Assembly (NCBI GenBank): GCA_031431925.1
Contig: JANPEL010000369.1
Span: forward strand, 22,134 to 86,133
Reading direction: 5' to 3'
Length of the DNA stretch: 64,000 nucleotides
Source: Gemmatimonadota bacterium
GTDB taxonomy: Bacteria; Gemmatimonadota; Gemmatimonadetes; Gemmatimonadales; GWC2-71-9
Shown: in pieces, positions 1 through 9,102 of the stretch
How the letters are laid out: every line of letters starts with the position of its first letter
Position numbering within the stretch: the stretch's first letter is position 1
Made by a program: the position numbers and the translations under genes
Notes under the pieces: generated by a model
Database searches by the model: none
What the model saw: the letters and a program-made list of their open reading frames with translations, nothing else
Told to the model about the DNA's origin: nothing

Positions 1-1416
1 GAGCAGCACCAAGTCACCCTACGGGTTTCCCGGTACGACGCCCGCGACGCCGGATTCGGCTACGTCGATGGCCCAGTGCTCGGTGACACGTCCGGGGTGA
101 AGGTTCGGTTGCTGTATCCCGACCAAGATGTGACGCGGGTAACCGCCGGCTACCGCGCCCTGGCGTTAGGCTCTCCCTTGGCAGACCGATTCTCCGCCAC
201 GATCTACCGAACCGCCAACCACCGGATCTTCGACCAACAGATCGACATCCCGTTTGGAGCCCCGCTCCCGCCCACCGCCGGGCTCGCCATTCGGAGCCGG
301 AACATCACCGACATCAACACCGTCGGGGCGCGGCTCGAGGCCGCGAAGGTGCTCGGGGGCCGCCATACGCTGACCTATGGTCTGGACTGGTACCTCGACC
401 ATTCGACGAATACGGACTCGGGCACGACGACCACCAATGGATTCGGCCCGCCCCGGGTTCGGTCGAGCACCGCCCCGACCATTCCGAATGCCAACGCCTG
501 GAGCACCGGCCTCTTTTCCCAAGCCGAACTTCGGCTGCACGACCGCTTCACGTTAGGCTTGGGTCTTCGGGCCCAGGCCATTGGGTCGGAAACCCGTCAG
601 ACACTGGGGCTCGCTCGGAGCCGCGGGGGGATTTCTGCAAGCAATCAGACGCTGGTAGGCGGGATCAGCGGTCAATTCGCGGTGACCGAGCGGATCAACC
701 TGATCGCGACGGCAGGCCGGGCGTTCCGGGCACCGAATCTCGTCGAGCGCTACTTCGATGGAGTCACGGCCGAGGGCAACGGGTACCTGACGGCCAACCG
801 CAACTTGGCTCCCGAGACCAGCTTGAACATCGATCTTGGGGTGAAGATCCGAACCGACCGCGGGTACGGCGAACTGATGTATTTTTCGAATACGATCGCC
901 GACGGCATTCGGATCGTCCCCCTTGGCACCCGGATCAACAACTTCCCGGCGTTCCAGAACCAGAACATTCAGCGGCTGCGGGATCGGGGGTTTGAAGCGC
1001 TGGCCGAGTTGCGGTTGGCCCACGGGTTCGAGATCCTCGGTCACGCGACGAAACTGACCTCGAAGAATCCCGACAACAATATCCCAGTTGGCGACAGCTA
1101 TGGCAGCAAGGTGGGGGGGCAGGTCTCGTGGCGGGACCCGAAAGGGCGCCTGTTCGTCGGGTATGAGATGCGCCACCAGGGGGAGCGGAAGGATCTCGTT
1201 CTCGTCGCCAATCCGGTCGGGGACCGGTTGCCGGCTTTCACGGTGCATACCGCGCGGGGCGAGTTCCGGTTGGGTGCGTTGGGTGGTGTGAACCCGTCGC
1301 TCGGTGTAGCGGTAGCGAACTTGACCAATGCGCTGTACGCCGAGGCGTCGAACACCTCGTTCTTCCGGCCGGAATCACGCCGAAGCGTGATCGTGACGAT
1401 CCGGACCGAGTTCTAG
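1..1416 (+). CDS. TonB-dependent outer-membrane receptor, C-terminal beta-barrel part (5' end outside window)
   Basis: Frame 1 is open from base 1; the listed ORF 76..1416 only begins at an internal GTG. Alternating beta-strand pattern with Gly/Asn/Thr-rich loops. Ends ...VIVTIRTEF, with the terminal Phe typical of TonB-dependent barrels. Confidence 0.8.
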   Translation, partial: EQHQVTLRVSRYDARDAGFGYVDGPVLGDTSGVKVRLLYPDQDVTRVTAGYRALALGSPLADRFSATIYRTANHRIFDQQIDIPFGAPLPPTAGLAIRSRNITDINTVGARLEAAKVLGGRHTLTYGLDWYLDHSTNTDSGTTTTNGFGPPRVRSSTAPTIPNANAWSTGLFSQAELRLHDRFTLGLGLRAQAIGSETRQTLGLARSRGGISASNQTLVGGISGQFAVTERINLIATAGRAFRAPNLVERYFDGVTAEGNGYLTANRNLAPETSLNIDLGVKIRTDRGYGELMYFSNTIADGIRIVPLGTRINNFPAFQNQNIQRLRDRGFEALAELRLAHGFEILGHATKLTSKNPDNNIPVGDSYGSKVGGQVSWRDPKGRLFVGYEMRHQGERKDLVLVANPVGDRLPAFTVHTARGEFRLGALGGVNPSLGVAVANLTNALYAEASNTSFFRPESRRSVIVTIRTEF

Positions 1417-1420
1417 CCTC

Positions 1421-3862
1421 CTATTGCGCTCGGATGGCTGACCAGGGGTCGATCCGAGCGGCCCGCCCGGCGGGAATCCAACACGCCACCACGCCGACCG
1501 TCGCCATCAGCACCGCCACCGCGCCCAGGGTCACGGGATCGTGGGGCGCCACCCCAAACAACAGACCCTGAATCATTCGGGTAGCCACCAGCGAGCCCAG
1601 CACGCCAAGCACGAGTCCCGCTGCCAGCAGCACCCCGCCTTCCGCCAGGATCATTCGCTGAACCCGGCCGCCTTCCGCACCCAAGCTCATCCGAATCCCA
1701 ATTTCATTGGTTCGGGCGCTCACCGAGAACGCGAGGACGCCGGCGATCCCGACCGCCGCGATGATTACCGCGAGGGCGCCAAACGAGGTGACCAAAAGCG
1801 CGTTCAAGCGTTGCGGTGCGATGCTCTCGTTCTTGATCTGATTGACCGTGAGGACATTTTGAATCGGGGCCTGCGGCGCAATGCGCCGAACCAGCTGCGT
1901 GGCGGTAGCCGCCATGCCGGCCGCGTTCTGCCGGGCTCGAATGACGATGCCGGCGCCGGGGAAAATATCTTGGGCGGAGGGCTGGAACACGACCGACCGA
2001 AACCCGCCGCCTAACCCGTCGTCCCGGGTGTCGCCGACGACCCCGACGATGGTGCGCCAGTCGCCGCTGATGCCGATGAACCGGAGAACGTCGCCGGTCC
2101 AGGCCACTCGCTGACCAATGGGGTCTTTGCCGGGAAAGAGCCGCTCGGCCAAGGTCTGGTTGAGAATCATCACGAGGGGCGACCCGATCCGGTCCGTCGT
2201 CGCAAACTCCCGACCCGCGATCAGCGGGATCCCGGCGGCGCGGAAGTACTCGGGGCTGGCGGTTCGGTAGTCGGCCCGCGGGATCGCTTCGCCCGGCGCC
2301 AGCGGGCGACCATCGGCCTTGAGTTCGAGCTGGAACCCTTGGCTGTTCCGCAGCGGAACGGTCGATCCGAACCCGACTTCGGTGACGCCGGGCACCGCGA
2401 CCAATTCAGCCTGGATCCGTTGGTACAAGGCGACTTGATCGGCGGCGCTCCGGCCGCCGTCGTCCACCGGCACCTCCATCGTGAGCACTTCCTCGGCATT
2501 CACGCCGGTGTCGACCTGCGCGAGTTGGAGCATCGTGCGGGTGAGGAGGCCGGCGCCGGTGAGAAGGATGACCGAGACGGCGATCTGGGCCACGACCAAC
2601 CCACGCTGGAGCCGCTGGCTGCGGCGATTGGCGGAGGACTTGCCGGCTCCGGCCAGCCAGGCGCCCAGAGCGGTTTCCTTGACGAATTTTGGCCCGTAGG
2701 ACAGGATGACGGCCACCACGACGGCCAAGCCTAACGTGAAGCCGAGCACCACGCCGTCGACCTTGATTTCGGTGGAGCGGGGCGAATACCGGGCCGCCAG
2801 GGACGTCAGCATTCCCACGCCGCCAAAGGCCACGATCAACCCCAACGCGCTGCCGACCAGGGTCAGCACCAGGTTCTCAGCCAGCAGCAGCCTGCGGAGG
2901 ACGCCCGGCCCAGCGCCGAGGGCGGCCCGCACGACTAACTCCTGCTCGCGGCGGACTCCGCGCATCAAGGTGAGATTGGCCACGTTGGCGCAGGCAATGA
3001 TCAGTACGAAGGCGGCGGCCCCCATCAGGAGCCAGAGCGTGAGGCGGGCTTGCTCGCCCAAGACGTCTTGGAACGGGGTCAGGGTCACGGTGTACGCCGA
3101 GGCGGTATCGTACGCGTCGGGGTGGTCCGCCTGGACCCGGGTTCGGATATCGGTGACTTCTTGGCGCGCTTGGGCCACTGTGGCGCCCGGGGCCAGCCGG
3201 GCGATCATTTCCGTCATCCGGTGAGTCCGGCCCTGGACCATGGTGGCGCTGGTATGGTGTTCGCTGATGACCATGTTCATCAGCGCGTCCATTCGGGTCG
3301 GAAACGAGGGAGCCGGTTGGACGACGCCGATGACGGTCACCGCTTGGCCGTTGAGCCGGACCGTCCGGCCGACCATCCCACTGTCGCCGGCAAAACGGTT
3401 GATCCAGAACTCGTGCGTCAGCACCATGACGGGCGGGACGCCGGTGCCGTCGTCGGCCGGGGTCGTCAGGCGTCCGAGCACGGCGGTGAGCCCCATGACC
3501 GAGAAATAGTTGCCGGTGACCAGCCCGACGTTGATCCGGACCGCGTCGTCATTGCCCTGCAACGTGAAGGTCTGGGCCGAATACTCGGCGATACCGGCCA
3601 GACTCTGGGAACTGGTCCGAAAGTCGTGAATCTCGGGCACCGAGAACGCGACGTTCTCGCTGCCGAGGCCTTTGGCGGATTGGCGAAGGTAGACCAGCCG
3701 GTCGCCATCTTGGTGGGGTAAGGGCTTGAGCAGGACTCCGCGGACTACTGAGAAAATGGCCGTGTTGGCGCCGATGCCGAGCCCTAAGGTCAGGACTACC
3801 GCCAGGGTGAACCCGGGGGCGCGGCGTAGCGATCGGAGGGCGTAGCGTACGTCCTTGAGCAT
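1421..3862 (-). CDS. MacB/FtsX-type ABC permease, duplicated orphan (ADOP-like) form, 813 aa
   Basis: N-terminus MLKDVRYALRSLRRAPGFTLAVVLTLGLGIGANTAIFSV is the hallmark start of ADOP/MacB permeases. Two large periplasmic domains and two FtsX 4-TM modules. No ABC ATPase gene is adjacent. Confidence 0.85.
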   Translation of the reverse strand: MLKDVRYALRSLRRAPGFTLAVVLTLGLGIGANTAIFSVVRGVLLKPLPHQDGDRLVYLRQSAKGLGSENVAFSVPEIHDFRTSSQSLAGIAEYSAQTFTLQGNDDAVRINVGLVTGNYFSVMGLTAVLGRLTTPADDGTGVPPVMVLTHEFWINRFAGDSGMVGRTVRLNGQAVTVIGVVQPAPSFPTRMDALMNMVISEHHTSATMVQGRTHRMTEMIARLAPGATVAQARQEVTDIRTRVQADHPDAYDTASAYTVTLTPFQDVLGEQARLTLWLLMGAAAFVLIIACANVANLTLMRGVRREQELVVRAALGAGPGVLRRLLLAENLVLTLVGSALGLIVAFGGVGMLTSLAARYSPRSTEIKVDGVVLGFTLGLAVVVAVILSYGPKFVKETALGAWLAGAGKSSANRRSQRLQRGLVVAQIAVSVILLTGAGLLTRTMLQLAQVDTGVNAEEVLTMEVPVDDGGRSAADQVALYQRIQAELVAVPGVTEVGFGSTVPLRNSQGFQLELKADGRPLAPGEAIPRADYRTASPEYFRAAGIPLIAGREFATTDRIGSPLVMILNQTLAERLFPGKDPIGQRVAWTGDVLRFIGISGDWRTIVGVVGDTRDDGLGGGFRSVVFQPSAQDIFPGAGIVIRARQNAAGMAATATQLVRRIAPQAPIQNVLTVNQIKNESIAPQRLNALLVTSFGALAVIIAAVGIAGVLAFSVSARTNEIGIRMSLGAEGGRVQRMILAEGGVLLAAGLVLGVLGSLVATRMIQGLLFGVAPHDPVTLGAVAVLMATVGVVACWIPAGRAARIDPWSAIRAQ

Positions 3863-3944
3863 TCAGAAACCTCTGCCAGTCGGTCTTTGAATCAAGTACG
3901 CGGCGGGCCGGCCGAAGTTTCCTGGTACGGCGCCGCGATGTCGG

Positions 3945-5264
3945 TCATGATTCGCCGACAAACGGGGTGTCCGGTAGCGGAAAAGCCCACCGGGCGCCTT
4001 GCTCGAGGGCGTCGAGTTGGAGAAGGAACGTGCCGATTCCGGCGGCGCCCTGCATAAATCCGGTCTGCGCCACCACGTTCTCCGGTTGGGTCCGGTTCTC
4101 GGCTTGCACCCACCGGAGGCCGGTCTGATCGTCGGTGGCCCGGCGGGTGGTGTCGTCGATGATCCGCTGCTGATACGGCGCATTGGCATTCGACCGTCGG
4201 TACCGGGCCAGGTCGATGCAGTACTGTCCGATGCCGACGTTGCCGCAGCACTGGCTGACATTGTTCCAATACCCGGTGGTTCGTGCCTCGGGCACCCCGC
4301 TGTCGACCACCCCGCGAGTCAGTGAGTCGACCCAGGCCGACCACCGCGCCTCGCCGGTGATTTGATGGAGCCGGTAGAACAACCGAGCCGTCCCGACCGG
4401 CCCGTGGCACCAGCTGAGATAGTACCGATCCTCGCCGCCGCCGCTCTGGTGAAAGATTCTGGTGGCGCCATCGCGTCTGGTGGCGACCGCCTCGAGATAG
4501 GTGGCGCCCTTGAGCGCGGCGTCGAGGAACGCCCGCTCCTTGGTTTCGCGGTAGAGCGACGCCAGGAAATACGAGATGCCCGCGGTGCCGTGGGAGAAAT
4601 TCGGATAGTTCCGTCGAAGCGAGCCGGCCGGAAACCACATCGTGCCCCCCTCAGCCGATTCGCCCGCGGCGATCAGTCGGTGGCCGACCTTGGTGGCGAG
4701 GTCCGTCGAACCCGCCCAGAGCAAGAAGAGTCCGGTTCCAGCTAGGCCGCTGATGATGTCCCACGAATCGGTCGTCTGGGCCCGGGCTCCCACAGGATCG
4801 ATCAGGCGCCGGGCCTCGTCGCCCCACTGGGTGTTCGGCTTGCTCCGACTGAGACAATGCAGACTGTAGCTGATGCCGGCGAGGCCGGTGTAGAGACCGC
4901 CATCGAGCTGGTCGCCTTCGGTGGCTACGGCGTGCAGGAGGTACCTGCCCCCGGCCTCCGCGGCGGCGAACCAGGCTGGGTCTTGGGTGGCATGATGAAG
5001 CGCTGCGTAGAATGCGACGACACCCGGCATCCCGTTGTAGAAGTCGAGCCCGACCGATTCAGGCTTCCGGGGATCGGCGGGGTAGCGAACCCCATGCTCC
5101 GTCTCCTGGCGGCTCGCTTCGATCCATCGAGCCGTGCGGAGGGCCAAGTCGAGATACGGTCGCGCGGTCCACCGCCGGAGGCCGAACACCTCGGCCCGGA
5201 GGAAGCCGGGGAGGCCGACGGCGGCGGCTCCGGCGGCGAGCATGATCCGGCGGGAGGTCAGCAC
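3945..5264 (-). CDS. LanC-like (lanthionine synthetase C-like) protein with predicted twin-arginine signal peptide
   Basis: Repeated GxxG helical-toroid motifs (GLAGISYSL, GLAGTGLFL, GTAGISYFL, GAAGIGTFL). LanC metal/active-site motifs SHG, WCHG and a CCG variant of CHG. N-terminus (GTG start) VLTSRRIMLAAGAAAVGLPGFLRA resembles S/T-RR-x-hydrophobic Tat signals. The start is ambiguous; the alternative is ATG at 5243. Confidence 0.8.
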   Translation of the reverse strand: MLTSRRIMLAAGAAAVGLPGFLRAEVFGLRRWTARPYLDLALRTARWIEASRQETEHGVRYPADPRKPESVGLDFYNGMPGVVAFYAALHHATQDPAWFAAAEAGGRYLLHAVATEGDQLDGGLYTGLAGISYSLHCLSRSKPNTQWGDEARRLIDPVGARAQTTDSWDIISGLAGTGLFLLWAGSTDLATKVGHRLIAAGESAEGGTMWFPAGSLRRNYPNFSHGTAGISYFLASLYRETKERAFLDAALKGATYLEAVATRRDGATRIFHQSGGGEDRYYLSWCHGPVGTARLFYRLHQITGEARWSAWVDSLTRGVVDSGVPEARTTGYWNNVSQCCGNVGIGQYCIDLARYRRSNANAPYQQRIIDDTTRRATDDQTGLRWVQAENRTQPENVVAQTGFMQGAAGIGTFLLQLDALEQGARWAFPLPDTPFVGES

Positions 5265-5275
5265 GGGGGGGTCGA

Positions 5276-6898
5276 TCAGGGCCGGTAGCCCGGACCCCGC
5301 AGGACCCGGCCCGGCTTGGCGCCGGTGTACTTCCCGTTTTCCAGCACCACCTGCCCGTTGACCAGCACTTGGCTGATGCCCTCCGAGGCCACCATCGGCT
5401 CGGCAAAGGTGGCCCGGTCGCGGATGGTGGCGGGGTCGAACACCACGAGGTCCGCGGCCAGCCCAATGGCGATTCGGCCCCGATCGTAGGCCATGATTTC
5501 GTTGGCCGCTCCGGCGGTGGCCCGCTGGACGGCCGCCTCGAGCGACAGGACACCGAGATCTCGGACGTACCGGGCAAAGACCCGGGGAAAGGCGCCGAAC
5601 CCGCGAGGGTGCACCGAATATCCCGCCGCGGCCGGGCCGGCGTCGGTGTCGAACGAGGTGAACTCCTCGCGCATGGCCTTTATCTTATTGGCTTCAGACA
5701 TGGTCTGCGGCATCGCGAAGACATCGAATTTGGCGATCTCGAAGAAGAGATCCCACGGGTCTTTGGCAGTGGCCTTGGCAATGACCCCAACCGTTTGGCC
5801 GTTGTACTGGGCGTAGGCGGTCTTGGCGAGTCCGGCCACCACGATCCGGTCCCAATCTTTGCCGGCGTGGGCAAACCAGTTTTCCCAGCCGCCTAACGAC
5901 TCCATTTCGCGCCGCATCTCGATCCGGGTGGCCGGGCTGCCGAGTTTGGCGAGCAACGCCTCCTGACCCTCGGCGGCGTGCCGGGGGTGGATCAGCGCCC
6001 GAATCCCGAGTCCGTTGTTGATGTAGGGGTAGACATCGACGGCCACTTGCTGTCCGGCGGCCCGGGCGGCTTTGATCCGGGCCAGGGCCTGGTCCATTTT
6101 GCCCCAATTGCCCTGGCCGGCGGTCTTCAGGTGGTAGATGTGAACCGGGGTGCCCGCCGCCTTCCCGATCCGGAGCGCTTCGTCGATGGCTTCGAGGAGC
6201 CGGTCGCCCTCGTTCCGCATGTGAGTGAAGTAGCGGCCGCCATAGGTCCCGGCCACCTTGGTCAATTCGGCGATCTCCTCTTCGGAGGCGTAGATCGCAG
6301 GCGGATAGATCAACGAGGTCGAGACGCCGATGGCGCCGGCTTCCATGGCCTCGCGAACATACCCCCGCATCCGTTCGAGTTCCGCGGGGGTGGCTTGCCG
6401 GTCTTTGTCTCCGATGACGATTTCCCGGATTTGGGTATGGCCCACGGTCTGGACCATGTTCATCGGCATGCCCGCGTGTTCGAGCTTCGTGAAGAACTCA
6501 CGGGTCGTGCTCCAGCCCCGGTCAGCGGCCTCCTTGCCGGCCAGCGGGGCGTCGCTGCCGCCTTCACCGGCGTTCAGGGTGGTAATGCCCTGGCTCAGGA
6601 GATTGAACGCGGTGGCGGGGTCTTTGATGAAGGGCGCTGCGGTCTGTCCCATCATATCGATGAAGCCCGGGGTCACCACCTTGCCGGTGGCGTCGATGGC
6701 CTGGCGGGCGGCGGCCGGGTTGAGCCGGCCGATCGCGATGATCTTGCCGTCCTTGATGCCGACATCGCCGTGGTACCAGGGGGTGCCGGTGCCGTCGACG
6801 ATCCGTCCGCCGTGAATGACGACATCGTAGGTCTGAGCCCGCGCCAGCGGGGCGGCTGAGACGAGGGCGGCGAGCGCGGTGGCGAACTTCAGTTCCAT
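5276..6898 (-). CDS. N-acyl-D-amino-acid deacylase family amidohydrolase (COG3653-like), secreted
   Basis: YDVVIHGGRIVDGTGTPWYHGDVGIKDGKIIAIG...VVTPGFID is the typical D-aminoacylase N-terminus. Signal peptide MELKFATALAALVSAAPLARAQ. Start trimmed from 7039 to the ATG at 6898; the upstream part of the ORF is Arg/Pro/Gly junk overlapping the neighbouring gene. Confidence 0.8.
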   Translation of the reverse strand: MELKFATALAALVSAAPLARAQTYDVVIHGGRIVDGTGTPWYHGDVGIKDGKIIAIGRLNPAAARQAIDATGKVVTPGFIDMMGQTAAPFIKDPATAFNLLSQGITTLNAGEGGSDAPLAGKEAADRGWSTTREFFTKLEHAGMPMNMVQTVGHTQIREIVIGDKDRQATPAELERMRGYVREAMEAGAIGVSTSLIYPPAIYASEEEIAELTKVAGTYGGRYFTHMRNEGDRLLEAIDEALRIGKAAGTPVHIYHLKTAGQGNWGKMDQALARIKAARAAGQQVAVDVYPYINNGLGIRALIHPRHAAEGQEALLAKLGSPATRIEMRREMESLGGWENWFAHAGKDWDRIVVAGLAKTAYAQYNGQTVGVIAKATAKDPWDLFFEIAKFDVFAMPQTMSEANKIKAMREEFTSFDTDAGPAAAGYSVHPRGFGAFPRVFARYVRDLGVLSLEAAVQRATAGAANEIMAYDRGRIAIGLAADLVVFDPATIRDRATFAEPMVASEGISQVLVNGQVVLENGKYTGAKPGRVLRGPGYRP

Positions 6899-7848
6899 GA
6901 CAATCCCCGCAGTTGATCGAGGTTGAGGTTCCCACCGCTCAGGACGCAGACGACCTTGGAGCCGGGGGCAAGGTGAACCAGGTTGTGGAGGAGGGCCGCC
7001 ACCGGCGCGGCAGCTGCGGCCTCCGGCACGAGTTTGCACCGCTCCATGATCCAGATGACGGCCTCGAAGATCTCGCGGTCTGGCAGGGCCACGATCTCAT
7101 CGACGAAGCGCTGGCAGACCGAGAAGGTGAGATGACCGACGGTTTTGACTCGGAGGCCGTCGATGACGGTCCGGCAATCGATGGTGGTGACCCGGCCCGC
7201 CGCGATGCTTTCCTTCATGGCCGGCCCGTCGGACGACTCGACGCCGATGATCCGGGCGGCTGGATTGTGGCTCTTGACCGCCATGGACACACCGGAGATG
7301 AGCCCGCCGCCTCCGATCGGAACGATGACAGCGTCTACCTCGGGCCAGTCCTCGACGATCTCGAGGCCCAAGGTACCCTGGCCGGCGATCAGGTTCGGAT
7401 CATCGAACGGGCTGATATAAACCAAGCCTTCGGTTCGCACCAACTCTTTGGCGCGCTCGTTGGCCTCGTCCCAGATCCGGCCGTGGAGCACGACCTCGGC
7501 GCCGTACCCCCGGGTGGCGGCTATCTTGGCGGGGGTGGCGTTCTCGGCCATGCAGACGACGGCGCGGATGCCGTGAATCCTGGCGGCCAGGGCAACGCCT
7601 TGGGCATGATTGCCCGCCGATGAGCACACCACGCCGCGGCGCTTCTCCTCCTCGGTCAGGAACGTGAACCGGTTCAAGGGTCCGCGGAACTTGTACGAGC
7701 CGACCCGCTGGAACATCTCGGCCTTGAGCCGGATGTCGAATCCGGTCAGCTCCGACAGCTGTCGGCTTCGGAGCAACGGCGTGTGGTGGATATGGGGGGC
7801 GATCCGGGCGCGGGCCTGCCGAAAATCGTCGAGCGTGAGTGTCAACAT
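6889..7848 (-). CDS. Fold-type II PLP-dependent serine/threonine dehydratase family protein (no ACT domain)
   Basis: Lysine motif GSYKFRGP, SSAGNHAQGVALAA, and glycine loop IGGGGLISG. 319 aa. Its stop overlaps the downstream amidohydrolase start by 10 nt. Confidence 0.85.
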   Translation of the reverse strand: MLTLTLDDFRQARARIAPHIHHTPLLRSRQLSELTGFDIRLKAEMFQRVGSYKFRGPLNRFTFLTEEEKRRGVVCSSAGNHAQGVALAARIHGIRAVVCMAENATPAKIAATRGYGAEVVLHGRIWDEANERAKELVRTEGLVYISPFDDPNLIAGQGTLGLEIVEDWPEVDAVIVPIGGGGLISGVSMAVKSHNPAARIIGVESSDGPAMKESIAAGRVTTIDCRTVIDGLRVKTVGHLTFSVCQRFVDEIVALPDREIFEAVIWIMERCKLVPEAAAAAPVAALLHNLVHLAPGSKVVCVLSGGNLNLDQLRGLSWN

Positions 7849-7923
7849 GGGTCAGATGATAGCGGCCGAAGCCGGGCTGGGCCAGCCGACCGGTTCTCTT
7901 AGACTGCGAAAGGGGCGAAGCCG

Positions 7924-9006
7924 ATGATCAAGGTTCTACTGGCGGCTCTTGGGACTGCCCTGGTGGCCGCCCCGATCGCGGCGGCTCAGGCGGTGCGGGT
8001 TCGGGTGACCGCCGAATCCGGGGGACCGGTGCTCGGGGCCATCGTGCGGCTGCTCGATCGGAACGACAGCATCGTTCAACGCGGTCTCAGCAACGAGGGG
8101 GGACGGGTTCTACTCAAAGCGCCCCGCGGGGGCGAGTACCGGATCCGGGTAGACCGGATCGGTTATCGCGGCCTTCAGTCGGGGTCGATGGTGGTTCCGG
8201 ATACCGGGAGTGTCGGCCTGGAACTCGTCATGCCCGATCAGGCGGTCGTGCTGCCCGAGATTTCAGTAACCGGAACGACCACATGCTCGACCGATCCGGG
8301 CCGGGCTCCCGCAACGGCGGCGCTCTGGGGCGAGATTCGCAAGGCGCTCGACGCGACGGCAATTTCGAAACGTTCGGGGTTGACCTTCACGATGACGGTG
8401 TGGAAACGGGACCTCGACTCGACGATGGCGATCCGATCCGAGGAAAGCGATACGCTGCAGACGACGGTGCCCCGTCCATTCCATGCCATCGCGGCTTCGT
8501 TCCTGCTGGAGAGGGGATACTTGATCCAAGGTGAGGGCCGGACGTGGAGCGTCTTCGGGCCCGACGAGGATGTGTTGCTTTCGGACGGGTTCCTGGCGAC
8601 GCACTGCTTCGGACTGGCCACCAAGGAGGAGCGGGGCCAGCGGTTGGTCGGCCTCCGGTTCGAGCCGACCCCCCGGCGGACGGTTCCCGAGATTTCCGGG
8701 ACGCTCTGGGTCGATGCGAGGACCAGCCAGCTGCGCTACGCCGAGTTTCGCTATGTCAATTTGCCGCAAGACCTGTCGGACGGCGGCGTGCGGGGTCGGG
8801 TGGAGTTCGCCCGACTTCCGGAGGGATGGTGGGTGGTGGACAAGTGGTTCATCCGTTCCGCACGGGTGGTGGAAATCCGCGCCCTTTCCCAGCTCCTTGA
8901 CCAGGTGCCGATTCGGGGCCAACGCCTGATTGTGGGGTATCTGGAGGACGGCGGCGCCGTTTTGAGGGTCAAGGGCCCCCAGCGGGTTGAACTCGGGGCG
9001 CCGTGA
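7924..9006 (+). CDS. Secreted hypothetical protein with N-terminal carboxypeptidase-regulatory-like (CarboxypepD_reg) fold
   Basis: Signal peptide MIKVLLAALGTALVAAPIAAAQA. VRVRVTAESGGPVLGAIVRLLD...GGRVLLKAPRGGEYRIRVDRIGY is the typical Ig-like regulatory-domain pattern. The rest has no recognisable family. Confidence 0.6.
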   Translation: MIKVLLAALGTALVAAPIAAAQAVRVRVTAESGGPVLGAIVRLLDRNDSIVQRGLSNEGGRVLLKAPRGGEYRIRVDRIGYRGLQSGSMVVPDTGSVGLELVMPDQAVVLPEISVTGTTTCSTDPGRAPATAALWGEIRKALDATAISKRSGLTFTMTVWKRDLDSTMAIRSEESDTLQTTVPRPFHAIAASFLLERGYLIQGEGRTWSVFGPDEDVLLSDGFLATHCFGLATKEERGQRLVGLRFEPTPRRTVPEISGTLWVDARTSQLRYAEFRYVNLPQDLSDGGVRGRVEFARLPEGWWVVDKWFIRSARVVEIRALSQLLDQVPIRGQRLIVGYLEDGGAVLRVKGPQRVELGAP

Positions 9007-9102
9007 GGCCGACGCCGGTCCCGAGCATTTGCTCCCAAGGTGTGCGGGGCCTACTATCCCTGGCGTCCTACTCCCCGACACCTCGACCCGTGAGCCCCGA
9101 CC

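Noticed and set aside
1421-7848. Canonical lanthipeptide biosynthetic gene cluster around the LanC-like gene
   Set aside because: There is no LanB/LanM/LanKC dehydratase, no short precursor ORF with a Cys/Ser/Thr-rich core, and no LanT/LanP. The LanC-like protein appears to be exported. It was reinterpreted as a non-RiPP envelope function.
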